A stretch of 63,999 nt of DNA, the filler included, from Octopus bimaculoides (Eukaryota), in assembly GCF_001194135.2 (NCBI RefSeq). It is 5 parts of 5 records of this genome, joined end to end, with 100 filler letters (N's around TTAATTAATTAA, not from the genome) between each part and the next. Parts side by side here need not be neighbours in the genome. Positions count along the whole stretch, not along the records: positions 56,353 to 62,841 come from NC_068983.1; positions 62,942 to 63,999 come from NC_068995.1; 3 more parts are not named here. One strand, given 5' to 3'. This document shows, piece by piece, positions 61,030-63,999 of this stretch. Within the stretch, counting starts at the first letter, position 1; every line of letters starts with the position of its first letter. A program made the translations under genes and the position numbers. The notes below the pieces were generated by a model. It had not been told where the DNA came from, ran no database searches, and worked only from the letters and a program-made list of their open reading frames with translations.

Positions 61030-62820
61030 CTTATTTTGTGACGATGGCGTCTTCTAGCCATGAAAAGTTTCGTCAAACGAACGCTGAATTTTGCAGTGTT
61101 TCGTTCGAAAAAGAATTTCCTAGTCTTCCTTCCTCACAGTTAAACGAGAGAATGGAGAAAAAGAAAAAAGAATTCACACACACAGATGCAAGTGTTAACT
61201 TGAAAGTTAACACCGCCACCACCACCAACAACAACAAAAACAAAACTGTAACCAAGGTTACAAAACAGAACACAGACGATGTCACCAAAGTATATGACGT
61301 CAACACCATTTCTGGTGACGCTATCATTACCACCACCACCACCAACAACAACGACAACAACAACAACAACAGCAGCAGCAGCAGCAGCAACAGTTCAACT
61401 CAACCTTTGCTCTCTTCACCAGCAGCAAGCGAAAGAGAGGAAGGAAAAATGAATACAAGCCACAACACCACTGACCCAGTCACAAATACCACAACTGCCA
61501 CCAATACCAGTGCCAGCACCAGCAACAACAATAACAGCAATAACAAAAACAAAAACTTTGCTGAAGCTTTGAAGCAAAGTGAAACTGTTGTGTCCTACAC
61601 GACGAAGGAAATAATAGAAATGAGAAAATTAATCACCAAAGAAAGCGGTGAAATACACTTAAACATACCACAACACATATTAGAGGAAACAAGTAAAAAA
61701 ACAATAATATATAAAATAATAAACACCAAAAGTAGAAGGCCGGAACAGGCCAGTATAGACAAGATCGAAAGATGCTTGAAATCAATTTGGGATAAAAAAT
61801 CTTATATTATTTATTACAGATTTGCACAGGTACAGGTGATTTTTCGAAATAACAATGTTACCCAGTTACCTTGGCCAAAAGGTAACAAAGGTAACAAGAA
61901 AGCACGCACCTCCAACAATAGACACACTATGGTTGATATCAGCCATATGTGTCGACATGGACAACATAAACATACTTAAAATAAACGTCGGAGAAAGCAA
62001 CTGGACGGGAAAAAACATACAAATCCTGTTCCACACAAACGAACAAGAAATAAAAGAATCCCACCATACATCCGTTTGGCAACAAATCAAAAGTTACATA
62101 TAGTGGTAGAGGGCAGGCGGCCTCGCTGTTACTTATGCGACAGCGAGGCACACCTCAAAAAGGAGTGTCCGACTGCCCGAAAATCACAACAACAACAACA
62201 AGAACTAACTAAACACATAAAAAAACCTTGCTGTCCACACCACCATCCACACAAAAAACAACAAAAGCAACATTAACAACATCAACGAAAGAAAATACAA
62301 CAAAAACTGCAAAATTAACAAACAAAGAAGACGAAAAAAGAAAAGACAATACAAAAACTGATACCCCTTCCCCCACATCACTTACACCACAACCAAAAAT
62401 TCAACAACCAACAACAACAAAAACAAAAACACAACCACTTACACAAGCAAACACAAATCCATACAACATGCCCCTACCTCCTTCCGATTCCTCAGAGTTT
62501 TCATCTGAAGACGAGTCAAGTAATGAGGAATGGAAAATAGCCCAAAAAGGAAGGAGGAAGAGGAGCAAAAAAAGAAAAACGAACAACAACATGCAGGGAG
62601 ATTCACATCTCCAGAAAACACTCCCAACTCCTACATGATAGACACCCATAATAACACACCAAAAACAATGCTAACAGCAATAGACACTACAAACACAGAG
62701 TTGATGAAATACATCAACTCTAAAACAAACATCACAAATAAGGACATCAAAACAAACAACCACCCACGCACAACACCGCTAAAACACATTAAAATTTATC
62801 ATGTAACACCAGCATTACAC
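61030..62820 (+). mobile_element. L1/Tx1-like LINE ORF1, frameshifted
   Basis: T/N-rich N-terminus; PPTIDTLWLISAICV; KLHIVVEGRRPRCYLCDSEAHLKKECP (CX2CX4HX4C); C-terminal WKIAQKGRRKRSKK. A gap follows, so ORF2 is not visible. Confidence 0.72.
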
Positions 62821-63173
62821 CACAAAATAAAATCCCCCTACNNNNNNNNNNNNNNNNNNNNNNNNNNNNNNNNNNNNNNNNNNNNTTAATTAATTAANNN
62901 NNNNNNNNNNNNNNNNNNNNNNNNNNNNNNNNNNNNNNNNNGAATAAGTACAAGGCTTAAGAAAATATACTGAAGTTGATTATATTCGGGTAAAAATTCA
63001 AAGCATTGGCCGAGTATGGCCGGAGTCTAATGACCGAAACAAGTCAAAGATACAACTTTTATATATATATAGATATATATATATAGGGAGAATTCCCAAA
63101 AGAACAAAAGAAGAAGACGGGTGGTGTAGACAACTAACAGATGTATTAGTATAACGCTCGGGAAGTGAAAAAG

Positions 63174-63212
63174 TCTTTAACGTTTCAAGCCTACGCTCTT
63201 CCACAGAAAGGA
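63174..63212 (-). ncRNA. Degenerate minimal hammerhead-like motif (family H6) in a PLE-type terminal repeat
   Basis: rc: ccttt-CTGTGGA-a-gagc[gtag]gctt-GAAACGTTA-aaga. Stems I and II pair, ACGT is palindromic, and the first box deviates from CUGANGA. Confidence 0.42.
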
Positions 63213-63951
63213 ACACAGAAAGAAACAAAGAGAGAAAATACAGAATGTGTAGTGGCTAGCGATCTGTCATGGCGAATGCCGGACAGAAGGGTCACACATA
63301 CATATATGTAAGATTATACATATATATAGGTGTGTATGAAATTATGGTTTTTATAATCATTCACCGAAAAGAGTTCTCAATTTTCTATAAAGGAGTAGGG
63401 TGTAAAAAGAATAATACTAAAACCTTATGAGAGAGGAACAGACAATGACTATGACATCCAAATTTCTCCCTTGTGTTTTAATCATTGTAAATAGTAGCTA
63501 GATTTGTAGTAGACTCTTGACTGCTATTTCTGGCATAATGAGTGACCGCTTAAAGGCAGCTAAATTGCTCCGTGTTATAGCAGATTCTATTTGATTGTAA
63601 AGAGGAAAATTGGCTTTTGTTGGTTACAGCTGTTGTCTATGCGGTATGCTGCACTGTCACAAAGGAAGGCGAAGCACTCGCGCATGCATACGAATGTACC
63701 TACACATACATACTCAAACATATATACATATTGACGTTTATATGTATTTTTATACGTACACAAACTTACCCACGCATATATGTGTGTGTGTGTATATATG
63801 CACGCGTGTGTTTATATGCATACATATATATATATGCACACACACATATACAGACATTAAACATTCACGCACCTACATACAGTCACACACACACATGTAT
63901 ATTCATACATATATACAAGTACATAAATACATACACACACACACACACACA

Positions 63952-63999
<48 letters not shown>

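Overview
AT-rich eukaryotic scaffold with many N gaps and dense microsatellites. The SINE families resemble those I associate with octopus genomes; this is an inference, not a lookup. No prokaryotic features (CRISPR, operons, rRNA) are present. The only host gene I can support is a + strand PDE9-like cGMP phosphodiesterase. Five small GT-AG exons (10833-10903, 11597-11674, 15256-15311, 16629-16683, 19358-19428) splice in frame into 110 aa matching my recollection of the PDE9A N-terminus. The first exon and catalytic exons were not found, so most of the window is probably PDE9 intron. The rest is decayed mobile DNA: Mag/gypsy LTR fragments, Penelope-like elements (PLE), R4/Dong-type RLE LINEs in (TAA)n tracts, CR1/L2, RTE and L1/Tx1-like ORF1 fragments, mariner and maT transposons, and four SINE families. 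The most striking signal is about ten type I hammerhead ribozyme motifs from about six families. Three sets are head-to-head inverted pairs. One family has an (ATT)n microsatellite in its stem II loop, and one copy is split by an R4/Dong LINE inserted into that microsatellite.
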